Source of the DNA: a plasmid
Reading direction: 5' to 3' (one strand)
Sequence record: NZ_CP137560.1
Length of the DNA stretch: 64,000 bases
Made by a program: the position numbers and the translations under genes. The notes under the pieces are model-generated. The model saw only the letters and a program-made list of their open reading frames with translations. It did no database searches and was not told the DNA's origin. Below are positions 37,676 through 47,583 of this stretch, in pieces. The stretch's first letter is position 1. The number at the start of each line of letters is the position of its first letter.

Positions 37676-40600
37676 ATGCAAATAAACAATTTAACTCCAT
37701 GCGCTTGCCGCTGGATTTTGCTGAGTTGTTGTCTTACCCCTCCATTCTTTCAGTCTGCATCCGCACAGAATGTAAATGGAGAAACAACTCCACAAACAGA
37801 GATCGCTGTGAAGCAAGGATTTGTTGAGGGTAAGGTGTTTGATGGCGGTGACCATGAACCGATGATTGGCGTTACCGTGGCCATCGAAGGTACTACTAAC
37901 GCTGTAACAACGGATATCGACGGACATTTCTCCTTGCCAGTCAACAAGGAATGCAACATCGTACTTTCTTTTATCGGTTATAAGAAAACAGTCATTCGAT
38001 ATACGGGTAACAACCAAGCCGACTTTGCCAAAATCATGTTGAAGTCGGAAGCTCAGAACATCAAAGACGTGGTGGTCACTGGTGTCTATCGCCGTAAGAA
38101 GGAGAGCTTCACCGGTTCTTCTGCTACTTTCAAGGGCGATGAACTCAAGAGCGTGGGTGCACAGAACGTGCTCCAGAGTTTGAAGACCCTCGACCCTTCT
38201 TTCAAAATCATGGATAATGCCCTCTCCGGTTCCAACCCTAACAAGATGCCGGATGTGGAAATCCGTGGTAAGTCGAGCGTGGCTGGTCTGAAAGAGGAAT
38301 ATGGTTCTGACCCTAATCAGCCTCTCTTTATCCTCGATGGTTTCGAGACAACTCTGGAAACCGTGATGAACCTCAATATGAACAGAGTAGCCTCAGTTAC
38401 TCTGCTCAAGGACGCTGCATCTACTGCCATCTATGGTTCCAAGGCTGCAAATGGCGTGGTAGTCATCGAGACCAAGGCGCCTGTTAAGGGTAAACTGCAG
38501 ATTTCCTACAAGGGAGACTACAGCATGGACTTTGCCGACCTCTCTGATTACAACCTGATGAACGCTCGTGAAAAATTGGAGTTTGAGAAATTAGCTGGTG
38601 TATATAAGGACAATACCAACGATCCTTTCAACCAGATTAAACTGGATAATCTCTACAATTCCCGTCTCCGCGACATCGAGCAGGGTGTGAATACCTATTG
38701 GCTCAGTGTGCCGCTGCGCACCGGTTTTACCCACAAGCACAATGTATATGCTGAGGGTGGAGAAGGTAACGTGAGATATGGTATTGGATTGAACTACGGA
38801 AAAGTGAACGGTGTGATGAAGGGTTCCGACCGACAGACTTTGGGCGGTAACCTCGACCTGATCTACCGTACAGGCAAGTTCCAGTTTAGCAACAAACTCT
38901 CCATCGACTATCTGGAGACCAACAATCCTACGGTAAGTTTCGCTGAATATGCCCAGGCTAACCCTTATTACAAGAAGTATGGGGAAAATGGAAAGATCAA
39001 CAAATATCTCTATTATCCGGAAGATGGATTGAACGACTATCCTGTATCAAACCCTCTCTGGAATGCCCATCTCAACAATTATGACAAGGGACAGCGCTTC
39101 GGCTTTACCAACAATTTCATCGCCGAGTGGTTTGCCACAGATGACCTCCGTGTGCGTGGCAAGTTTGGTATCACCAAGTATGATGATACCCAGGATCAGC
39201 GACTCTCTCCAGAGCATACAGACTTCGATGATAAGGAAGCAACCCAGAAGGGACTGTTCAAGCACAGCCTGCAGAAATATCTCTATTACGAGGGAGACCT
39301 TTCTGCAACTTATGGTAAACTGATAGCCGAAAAGCATCAGATTAACGCCGTTTTGGGATTCAACTTCAGCAATACCAGCAGCAAGACAAATGGCTATTCG
39401 GCTACAGGTTTTACGGACGACCAATTTGACGCTCCATCCTTTGCCAACAACTACCCTACTGGTGGCAAGCCAAGTTACCGTGAGAACATCAAGCATGCAT
39501 CCAGTTTCTATCTGAATGGCGGATATGCTTACGACAACCGCTATCTGCTGGATTTCAACCTGCGTAACGACGGCGCCTCTATGTTTGGCACCGACAACCG
39601 TTTCCGCACCACCTGGTCTGTGGGTCTGGGTTGGAATATCCACAATGAGAAGTGGATGCAGGAGAATGATATCTTCCAGATGCTGAAGCTGCGTGCCTCT
39701 GTGGGTAACCCAGGTAACCAGAACTTCTCGGCTTATCAGGCTTACACCACCTATATGTTCAACAGTCTGATGACTAACGTATTCGGTACCGGTGTCATCA
39801 TCAATGGCTTGGGTAATAACGACCTGGCTTGGCAGGAGACCATCAACTACAACATTGGAGCTGATATCACCACCTTAGGCAACCGTCTGAACCTGACGCT
39901 TGATTACTATATCAAGAATACAGACCCATTGCTCGCCATCATTACGACACCAGGTTCTATGGGCGTAACCAGCGAAGCTCTGAATGCCGGTAAGCAGAAA
40001 ACCAACGGTTGGGAAGCCACCATCAAGTTCTCTCCTATCTACATGCCACACGAGCGCATCAACTGGAACATCTCCGTGAGCGCCACTCATTCCAAGTCGA
40101 AGTATGCCAACATCGGCAATGCCTTCAGTGCTTTGAATGAGAGCGGAAAGACGGGTCTTCACAACACTACCCGCTATTACGACGGAGGAAGTCCTACCGC
40201 CATCTGGGCAGTGCGTTCTGCGGGCATCGATCCAGCCACAGGTAAGGAGCTCTTCATCAAGCGCGACGGAACCTATTCGTTCACCTATGATGCCAACGAC
40301 GAGGTGGTATGCGGTGATACCGAACCGGATGTAGAGGGTCTGTTGGGAACCACCTTCTATTATAAGGGATTCTCATTCAGCTGCTACTTCCGCTATCAGT
40401 ATGGCGGCCAGCTCTTCAACAGTTCGCTCTTCGACAAGGTGGAGAACATCGGAACAGCTGATGTATATAACAACCAGGACCGCCGTGCCCTCTACGACCG
40501 CTGGAGCATCAACAACCGCAATGCACAGTTCAAGGGCATCTCTATGGTGCAGAAGACCGACAAGTCATCCCGCTTCGTGATGGATGAGAACACCCTCACC

Positions 40601-40783
40601 TGCGAGTCAATCAACTTAGGTTACGAGTTTCCACTCAACATCGCCAAGAAATTTGGCATGCAAGCCCTTTCCGTTCAGGCCAACATGAACGACATCTTCC
40701 GTTGGTCAACCGTGAAGGCAGAGCGAGGCATCGACTATCCGTTTGCCCGTACCGTGTCATTCTCTATAGGTGCAACATTCTAA
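37676..40783 (+). CDS. SusC/RagA-family TonB-dependent outer-membrane transporter
   Basis: 1035 aa. N-terminal carboxypeptidase-regulatory-like domain (IGVTVAIEGTTNAVTTDIDGHFSL), TonB plug, and C-terminal beta-barrel ending in F. Confidence 0.9.
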   Translation: MQINNLTPCACRWILLSCCLTPPFFQSASAQNVNGETTPQTEIAVKQGFVEGKVFDGGDHEPMIGVTVAIEGTTNAVTTDIDGHFSLPVNKECNIVLSFIGYKKTVIRYTGNNQADFAKIMLKSEAQNIKDVVVTGVYRRKKESFTGSSATFKGDELKSVGAQNVLQSLKTLDPSFKIMDNALSGSNPNKMPDVEIRGKSSVAGLKEEYGSDPNQPLFILDGFETTLETVMNLNMNRVASVTLLKDAASTAIYGSKAANGVVVIETKAPVKGKLQISYKGDYSMDFADLSDYNLMNAREKLEFEKLAGVYKDNTNDPFNQIKLDNLYNSRLRDIEQGVNTYWLSVPLRTGFTHKHNVYAEGGEGNVRYGIGLNYGKVNGVMKGSDRQTLGGNLDLIYRTGKFQFSNKLSIDYLETNNPTVSFAEYAQANPYYKKYGENGKINKYLYYPEDGLNDYPVSNPLWNAHLNNYDKGQRFGFTNNFIAEWFATDDLRVRGKFGITKYDDTQDQRLSPEHTDFDDKEATQKGLFKHSLQKYLYYEGDLSATYGKLIAEKHQINAVLGFNFSNTSSKTNGYSATGFTDDQFDAPSFANNYPTGGKPSYRENIKHASSFYLNGGYAYDNRYLLDFNLRNDGASMFGTDNRFRTTWSVGLGWNIHNEKWMQENDIFQMLKLRASVGNPGNQNFSAYQAYTTYMFNSLMTNVFGTGVIINGLGNNDLAWQETINYNIGADITTLGNRLNLTLDYYIKNTDPLLAIITTPGSMGVTSEALNAGKQKTNGWEATIKFSPIYMPHERINWNISVSATHSKSKYANIGNAFSALNESGKTGLHNTTRYYDGGSPTAIWAVRSAGIDPATGKELFIKRDGTYSFTYDANDEVVCGDTEPDVEGLLGTTFYYKGFSFSCYFRYQYGGQLFNSSLFDKVENIGTADVYNNQDRRALYDRWSINNRNAQFKGISMVQKTDKSSRFVMDENTLTCESINLGYEFPLNIAKKFGMQALSVQANMNDIFRWSTVKAERGIDYPFARTVSFSIGATF

Positions 40784-40793
40784 AAAGCAAGAA

Positions 40794-42242
40794 ATGAAAA
40801 AGATAATATATTCAATGATTATAGCCTGCAGCACGCTGATGGTTTCGTGTGACAACTGGTTGGAGGTAAAACCTTACGACCAGATTTCGGAGGGCGAACT
40901 TCTCAAGTCTGAGGAAGGCTATCAGAAAATGCTCAATGGCGTTTATATCGATCTGAACAGTACTGCGCTCTACGGTCAGTCTCTCTCGGTAGAGATGATC
41001 GAGGTGATGGGCGGTGCCTACACCATCGGCAGCGACAACAGTGTATGGGGCAACTACAAGGACCTGGCGTCCTATCAGTATGCTACTGAATATTGGCGCA
41101 ACCGATTGGATCAGACCTGGAACAAGGCATACGCCCTGATTCTCAACTGCAACAAGATTCTGGAGACCATTGATGGCAACCAGAACCTCTTCAGCGGTGG
41201 CAACTATTACGTTGTCAAGGGCGAGGCATTGGCTTTGCGCGCCATGCTTCATTTCGACATGCTGCGCCTTTTCGGTCCGGTTTATTCCAAGGACAGTGAT
41301 AAGAAGGCTATACCTTATTATAATAAGCAGACCAATTCGCCTGAACCAATCCTTACCGCCAAAGAGGTGGCAGAGAAGGTGACAGCTGATTTGGAAGAAG
41401 CACGCACCCTGCTCGCCAACGACCCAGTGAAGACAGAAGGAACCCTGATGAGCGGTTCGCAGGACGGCACCAGCAACTTTATGCGCTATCGTGCACTTCG
41501 CCTGAATTATTATGCAGTGGAAGCACTCCTGGCTCGTGTATATCTCTACATGGGCGACAAGCCCGATGCGTTCAAGTATGCCACCGATGTCATTAAGACA
41601 GCCGACCAGGGCATCTTCCCATTTGTAGATAAGAGTCTTGTAACCGGTTCTCCAGCCGATCCAGACCGCATATTCTCGTCGGAAGTACTCTTCGCCCTGA
41701 CCAATACCAGTCGTGGAAACATCCACAAGAATTTCTACGATCCATCCCGTCTGCCAAACTATGTATTCCGCATGGATGACAACCTGATGAGCAATATCGT
41801 ATATGGCGGAGCTGCGACAACTGGCGGCTATCAAGACGACTACCGCTATCGTGCCAACTGGATAGCTACGGGAAGCAACCGATATTTCTACAAGTATAGT
41901 GACATGGTGGCCAACGGAAGCATTCAGAACACGATGATTCCGATGGTAAGATTGGGCGAGATGTTCCTGATTGCTGCAGAGAGTCAGAGCGACAATCTGG
42001 CTAACGGCTTGCAGTATGTGAATGCCCTGCGCAGAAACCGTGGTGTAGCAAACCTGCAGACCCTGACTCCAGACTTGCTGAAGTATGAGTATATCAGAGA
42101 GTTGTATGGCGAGGGACAGTTGTTCTATCTCTACAAGCGATTGAACTGCGACATCATCACCTCTTCTAACAAGAACAAGAATCCAAAGGCAAGCGTCTTG
42201 ATCTTCGTGGTTCCATTGCCAGATTCTGAGACTGAGAACTGA
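40794..42242 (+). CDS. SusD/RagB-family outer-membrane lipoprotein
   Basis: Lipoprotein signal (LMVSC). Follows SusC. 482 aa with a TPR-like SusD architecture. Confidence 0.85.
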   Translation: MKKIIYSMIIACSTLMVSCDNWLEVKPYDQISEGELLKSEEGYQKMLNGVYIDLNSTALYGQSLSVEMIEVMGGAYTIGSDNSVWGNYKDLASYQYATEYWRNRLDQTWNKAYALILNCNKILETIDGNQNLFSGGNYYVVKGEALALRAMLHFDMLRLFGPVYSKDSDKKAIPYYNKQTNSPEPILTAKEVAEKVTADLEEARTLLANDPVKTEGTLMSGSQDGTSNFMRYRALRLNYYAVEALLARVYLYMGDKPDAFKYATDVIKTADQGIFPFVDKSLVTGSPADPDRIFSSEVLFALTNTSRGNIHKNFYDPSRLPNYVFRMDDNLMSNIVYGGAATTGGYQDDYRYRANWIATGSNRYFYKYSDMVANGSIQNTMIPMVRLGEMFLIAAESQSDNLANGLQYVNALRRNRGVANLQTLTPDLLKYEYIRELYGEGQLFYLYKRLNCDIITSSNKNKNPKASVLIFVVPLPDSETEN

Positions 42243-42322
42243 TCAAAAATTAAGATTAAAAAGTTCAAAGTCAAGCGTTAATAATTAGGAGTTTTCCAGA
42301 TTAATTTAACATACGAAATTAT

Positions 42323-43087
42323 ATGAAATATCAGATAAAAAACCTCTTAATTGGGGCGATGATGGTCATCGCATTCGGTTCATGCAGTGAGCAGGAGCCG
42401 GATGTATTCCAGGATATCAATGGCGTTTATCTCAACAATCGCACCAATACCAATATCCTGCAAGATAAGACTAACGTGACCTTCGTTTATGAAAAAGGCG
42501 ACGAAATGCAGGTGCCGGTGAAGATTCAGTTGGTGGGCAGACCTTCCGACCAGCCTCGCGAGATTGCCCTGACAGTAAGTTCGGAGGATGCACTGGAAGG
42601 CGTGGATTATGTTCTTCCAGAGAAGGCTGAGTTGCCAGCAGGCGAAACAACCTTGGAGTATATGATTACCCTAAAGCGTACAGCCATTCTGAAATCGCAG
42701 CAGAAGCACATCCAGGTAAGTTTACAGCCAAATGCATTCTTCACCCTGCCCGTGACAGAGGAAACCACAGCTAATGGCGACGTGGTGACCACCCTGTCTT
42801 ACGAGATTATCTTCTCCGACCAGTTTACCACAGCACCAAAGGCATGGAAAACTGATTTGCTCGGTGACTTCACTCAGCAGAAGTTTGAACTGGCATGCAA
42901 GGTACTGGAACTCGACCCAGGCGATTTCAACGATGAGTCGAAGATGACACTTGCCATGCAGAGCTATGTAAGTTCTGAAATGCAAAGCTATGTGAAGGAA
43001 CAGCAGAAACTTCGCAACAGTGGCAAGACCTACGATGCCGATGCCTTCGATGCACAGGGCAATGCTTTAGCATTCTATGGTGAGTAA
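42323..43087 (+). CDS. DUF4843-like lipoprotein (SusCD-associated)
   Basis: Lipobox AFGSC, 254 aa. Conserved position after SusD in SusC/D-DUF4843-PKD-TlpA loci. Confidence 0.5.
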   Translation: MKYQIKNLLIGAMMVIAFGSCSEQEPDVFQDINGVYLNNRTNTNILQDKTNVTFVYEKGDEMQVPVKIQLVGRPSDQPREIALTVSSEDALEGVDYVLPEKAELPAGETTLEYMITLKRTAILKSQQKHIQVSLQPNAFFTLPVTEETTANGDVVTTLSYEIIFSDQFTTAPKAWKTDLLGDFTQQKFELACKVLELDPGDFNDESKMTLAMQSYVSSEMQSYVKEQQKLRNSGKTYDADAFDAQGNALAFYGE

Positions 43088-43144
43088 AGCCATGGGAAGA
43101 CATTCACTCTCAAAGGAGAAATTAAAAGAAAAACATTAAGAATT

Positions 43145-44701
43145 ATGAGAAATTATAAAATATGGGCAATGGCTCTGATGATGGCTACCATGTTAGCTGG
43201 TTGCTCGCAAGACGAGGGCAACTACGACTATCACAGCCTGAACGAGCCTACTATTACGGGCGTGCCAGAGAACATCTCAGTGCTCACCCATGCCAACATC
43301 GACCTCGATCCAAATCTGGGCGATAACATCACCGACCTGGATGCCTACAACTATGAATGGAAGGTAATCAACAAGTCGGGCGATAATGAGGTAACGGTAC
43401 TCAGCAACGAAAAACATCTCTTGCAGGAAATGACACTTCCTGCAGGAGAATATATCCTCTATTTCACCGCCACAGAGAAGAACACCGGTCTATTCTGGCG
43501 ACAGAGCTACAAACTCACCGTGAGCGACACTACATCAGAGGGTTGGATGGTGCTTTGCGATGTGGATGGCAAGACCCGTCTCGACATCGTTTCAAAGATT
43601 ACTGGTCAGACCTATTTCGATGTCCTCAAGACTACCGGAATGCCAGAGCTGAATCATCCTTATCGCATCCAGTATGCACCCAATAGCGGATATACTGACT
43701 CTCCATTCTATCTCTTTACAGCCGATGGCGCTACCCGTCTTTCAAAAAACAGTTTCATGTGGCAGAAAGACTATGCCTTCAAGTACGAGGTGGCGAAGCA
43801 GCAGGATCTGCATCCTCAAAGCATGGTATGCGACCAGAGCGGCATGATGAGAATGATTGTAAGTGATGGTTATGCCTACTCTGCTTCCAACATGGGAATC
43901 CAGGGACTCTTTGCTGCTGTCAACAAACAGCCGGTGCTTGCCCCTGCCGTGGGAGCCAACATCGGAGCCGCCTCTTATGCATCCATCTATCTTCTTTATG
44001 ATAATGTAAACAAGTGCTTCATGTCCTGCTGTCCGTTCCTGCCAGGATTGTCGCTTTCAGACGCCTCTTATCACACCATGAAAGAGATGGAAGAGATTGC
44101 TACGGGCTATAAGGGTTCTGAGATGGTAACGGGAAATGCTTTTTCGGAATACCCTACCGGTATGGACTTCGTTTATATGGAGAATACTAAGTATGACCCG
44201 GGAAATGCATTGATGGGCGTCACCTATACCATACTCCGCAGCGGAAAGAAATATGAAGTGTATGGCATCCAGTTGGGCGATATGCTCTGTTATGCCGACT
44301 GCACATTCGCACTGGGCAAGGCATACTATGGCGACCTGAGCGACTGTACCGACATCGCCAAGGCTACCTGCTTCGCCTTCAGTTCGCTGAAGAACTATAT
44401 GTATTATGCCGTGGGCGGCACAGTTTATCGTGTGAATCTCTCAGAGAAGCCATTGAAGGCAGAGCGCCAGTTTAGCTTCAGCGGCGAGACCATCACGATG
44501 ATGAAGTTCAACTTCTATCAGAATTCCGCATCAGCCAATGATTACGATCTTATCGTGGGCACAGAGAGCAGTAAGGGTTCCGGCACACTCCGCATCTACA
44601 ACGGCATGAGTTCAGAGGGCGACTTCTCCAAGGTAATCCCTACCAGCTATTCAGGCTTCGGCAAGATTGTGGATGCTACCTATCGCGAGCGTACCAACTA
44701 A
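43145..44701 (+). CDS. PKD-like family lipoprotein
   Basis: Lipobox LAGC, 518 aa. N-terminal Ig/PKD-like region, C-terminal beta-propeller-like region. Confidence 0.45.
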   Translation: MRNYKIWAMALMMATMLAGCSQDEGNYDYHSLNEPTITGVPENISVLTHANIDLDPNLGDNITDLDAYNYEWKVINKSGDNEVTVLSNEKHLLQEMTLPAGEYILYFTATEKNTGLFWRQSYKLTVSDTTSEGWMVLCDVDGKTRLDIVSKITGQTYFDVLKTTGMPELNHPYRIQYAPNSGYTDSPFYLFTADGATRLSKNSFMWQKDYAFKYEVAKQQDLHPQSMVCDQSGMMRMIVSDGYAYSASNMGIQGLFAAVNKQPVLAPAVGANIGAASYASIYLLYDNVNKCFMSCCPFLPGLSLSDASYHTMKEMEEIATGYKGSEMVTGNAFSEYPTGMDFVYMENTKYDPGNALMGVTYTILRSGKKYEVYGIQLGDMLCYADCTFALGKAYYGDLSDCTDIAKATCFAFSSLKNYMYYAVGGTVYRVNLSEKPLKAERQFSFSGETITMMKFNFYQNSASANDYDLIVGTESSKGSGTLRIYNGMSSEGDFSKVIPTSYSGFGKIVDATYRERTN

Positions 44702-44755
44702 TTACACCTTATTATATATAAGATGCTTTCAACAGAAAGAAAATTTTAAAACAAA

Positions 44756-46111
44756 ATGAAAATGAAGAATAAGATATTGTCATTGCTTCTGTTCCTGTTT
44801 GCAGCAGTGAACATGCATGCCGCTGATGGCATTACGGTGAAGTTTGATGTCAAGAATCCGGTATTGACCAATGTGGTATTGGTTTACCACATGAGTGTCA
44901 ACGAGTTTGCGCTCACCGACGGCAAAGCCACAGTGCAGCTCGACGGCATGGATGCACTCTATGCCAATGTATATTATGGCGAGAAGTTCAAAGTAGTCTA
45001 TCTCCAGAAGGGCGACGAGATGAACATATCCTTCGATGCCCATGATTTCGACAACACCTTCGCTGTGAAAGGCGGCAACGAGAAGGCTGTTGATTACCTG
45101 AACAAGATTCAGTTGACGGCTCTTCCTAATGAGGCTTATGCCCAACCATGGAACGAGTTCAAGGCAGCTGTGGATAAGAAGATGGCTTCGATGAAACGCC
45201 TGTTGAAGGCACGCAAGTTTGCAGCCGACGATAAGTTCCTGAAGATGGAGGAAGGCAGAATCACTTATTTCTATGCCAACATGATGCTGATGTATCCTGT
45301 AAGTCATACATACCTCACTCAGGACACTACAATGGTACTGGGCAAGGAGTATTACGATGCCATCCGCCAGTATGTGAAGGAGGATGAAGATCTTGCCGAC
45401 ATCGATGAATACCGCAACTTTATGATTGAGACGGCTCATATCTTCGACGAGGCAGGCAAGGACATCCGCCAGTATTATCCAAAGGTATTGGCAGAGATGA
45501 GTTATATCGGCGAGAACATCCAGAGTGATAAGGTTCGCGAATCACTGATTCACTTCCTGGCATTCACCTACGTGGAGGGAAATGGTGTGGAGAACATCAC
45601 CGATCTTCAGAACCTCTATTATACCTACGTTACCTCACCTCGCCTCAATGCCATCTTCAAACAGGCTTGTGCCAAATGGGACAAGGCAGCCGTGGGCCGT
45701 CCATCACCAATGTTTAAGGGCGTGGATGTGAACGGTAAGGAGATGACGCTTCGCGATTTCCGTGGCAAGTATGTATATATAGATATGTGGGCCACCTGGT
45801 GCGGTCCTTGCCAGAAGGAGTTGCCATTCCTCAAGAAGTTGGAGGAAAAGTACAAGGGCAGAAACATTGCGTTCGTAGGTCTTTCTATAGATCAGGACAA
45901 GGCAAAGTGGGCTGATCGCGTGAAGAGCGGTGCTCTGAGTGGCACCCAACTTTACATCGGCAAAGGCACCAAGTTCCAGAGCGACTATCGCATCAGCGGT
46001 ATTCCTCGCTTCATCCTCCTCGATCCTAATGGAAGAATTGTCAATCCTGACATGACAAGACCATCCAGCGAGGATACAGAGAAGATTCTGAACAGTCAGC
46101 CAGGTTTGTAG
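44756..46111 (+). CDS. TlpA/ResA-like thiol:disulfide oxidoreductase (thioredoxin fold) with N-terminal DUF4369-like domain, secreted
   Basis: WATWCGPCQKELPFLKK (CxxC thioredoxin motif) in the C-terminal third. Signal peptide. Confidence 0.75.
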   Translation: MKMKNKILSLLLFLFAAVNMHAADGITVKFDVKNPVLTNVVLVYHMSVNEFALTDGKATVQLDGMDALYANVYYGEKFKVVYLQKGDEMNISFDAHDFDNTFAVKGGNEKAVDYLNKIQLTALPNEAYAQPWNEFKAAVDKKMASMKRLLKARKFAADDKFLKMEEGRITYFYANMMLMYPVSHTYLTQDTTMVLGKEYYDAIRQYVKEDEDLADIDEYRNFMIETAHIFDEAGKDIRQYYPKVLAEMSYIGENIQSDKVRESLIHFLAFTYVEGNGVENITDLQNLYYTYVTSPRLNAIFKQACAKWDKAAVGRPSPMFKGVDVNGKEMTLRDFRGKYVYIDMWATWCGPCQKELPFLKKLEEKYKGRNIAFVGLSIDQDKAKWADRVKSGALSGTQLYIGKGTKFQSDYRISGIPRFILLDPNGRIVNPDMTRPSSEDTEKILNSQPGL

Positions 46112-46158
46112 TAAAAAAAGTATAATAATATTTTATTCATTAATTAAAACCAACGATT

Positions 46159-47490
46159 ATGAAAAAATTGATTTCAATGATGCTGATGCTTTGTGCCATC
46201 ATCACATTCTCAGCATGTTCGTCAGACGACGATGGTCCAAGCAACCCAGTGAGCAATCAGGTGGTTCCATCTTCTGCAAAGATTGGTTCCGAAGTAACTG
46301 TTCAGGGAAATGGTTTCGCTTCTGGTCAGACTATTTATCTCCAGCCTGAGCAAGGCGCAGAGGTAAATGCCAATGCCAAGATGACTTCTAATGGTGCAAC
46401 ATTCACCATCCCTTACACCATGACTCCTGGTAAGGTAAATGTAGTTTTGAAGGTGGCTAATGACAGCTTCACCTTGGGCTGCATGAATCTTCTTGCAGCT
46501 GACAATCCAATCTCTACCCTTTCATTGCCAGCCGACATGGCCATTGGTCAGGAGGTAACTATCGCCGGTATCGGTTTTGCTCAGGGCGATAAGATTGTTG
46601 TTGGTGACAAGACCATCGATGCCACAGTTACAGCTGATGGTGTAAAGTTCACAGTTCCTGCAGACTTGGCAGAAGGCGAGTATGCCGTATCCCTGGTTCG
46701 TGGCAATTCAACATGGGAATTGGGTAAGGTATATGCCTTCCAGCAGCGCCAGATAGAGAGCATCACCATTACAGATAATGCGATGCTCAATATGTATGCT
46801 CCAATGTTGGGTCTTGAAGAAGGCAAACTGGTTGTAAACTTCGCCTATAATGAAGATGGTTCCTTGAAGGGAATTTCTTCTAATGGTGGTGTAGAGTGGA
46901 ATTTCGATTATAGCGGTAAGACCATCACAACCATGAGTTTGTTCGCTGGAGCGCCATTCACTTATACCCTCGATGATCAGGGCCGCATCATCAGCAGCAC
47001 AGGTTACGATATGTATGGTGATGACGTTGCCTATACCTGGAACTACGATGCAAATGGTTATCTTGTAAGTGTAAAGAAGAATGGTGCAGCAGATAATGAT
47101 GATGCAAATCTCCTGAACACCTATACAGATGGCAACCTGTCTGCTTATACCATGAGCCTGGCCAACGGGTTGACAACAGATAAGAGCATCCGTACATGTC
47201 CTAACACCGTGGAGCCTCTTTATCTGCTGAATGCTTTCGGCTGGATGCAGACACGTGAGGATTTGTTCCTGGGCTTCCTTCTCAACCGCAACGTGAAGGT
47301 ATCTACCTATGTGCCAAGTCAGCTGATTGCAGCAGAGATGGATGAAAGTGGCACAGAAACCTCAGTTACTGCAGGTATCGAGAGTTCTTTTGCGAACAAC
47401 ACATTGACCATGCAGACCACTGGTAATGTTATTTCCGGCGCTCAGTCAATCTACTCCAACAAGGTAGTTGTTACTTACAAGAAGAAGTAA
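46159..47490 (+). CDS. lipoprotein with IPT/TIG-like domains and YD-repeat-like segment
   Basis: Lipobox FSAC. Two segments of the form VVPSSAKIGSEVTVQGNGF / LPADMAIGQEVTIAGIGF (IPT-like). YD-like repeats (WNYDANGYLV). Confidence 0.45.
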   Translation: MKKLISMMLMLCAIITFSACSSDDDGPSNPVSNQVVPSSAKIGSEVTVQGNGFASGQTIYLQPEQGAEVNANAKMTSNGATFTIPYTMTPGKVNVVLKVANDSFTLGCMNLLAADNPISTLSLPADMAIGQEVTIAGIGFAQGDKIVVGDKTIDATVTADGVKFTVPADLAEGEYAVSLVRGNSTWELGKVYAFQQRQIESITITDNAMLNMYAPMLGLEEGKLVVNFAYNEDGSLKGISSNGGVEWNFDYSGKTITTMSLFAGAPFTYTLDDQGRIISSTGYDMYGDDVAYTWNYDANGYLVSVKKNGAADNDDANLLNTYTDGNLSAYTMSLANGLTTDKSIRTCPNTVEPLYLLNAFGWMQTREDLFLGFLLNRNVKVSTYVPSQLIAAEMDESGTETSVTAGIESSFANNTLTMQTTGNVISGAQSIYSNKVVVTYKKK

Positions 47491-47530
47491 TTTCGTTGTT
47501 ACATACGAAAACAAATAAAAAATTTAAGGA

Positions 47531-47564
47531 GGGTGTGTCATGAATTTATGGCGCACCCTCCTCT
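47531..47564. repeat. 31-bp palindromic element copy 2
   Basis: AGGAGGGTGTGTCATGAATTTATGGCGCACCCTCCT, lying between two convergent genes. Confidence 0.55.
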
Positions 47565-47583
47565 CATTCCACAAAGAAAAACA

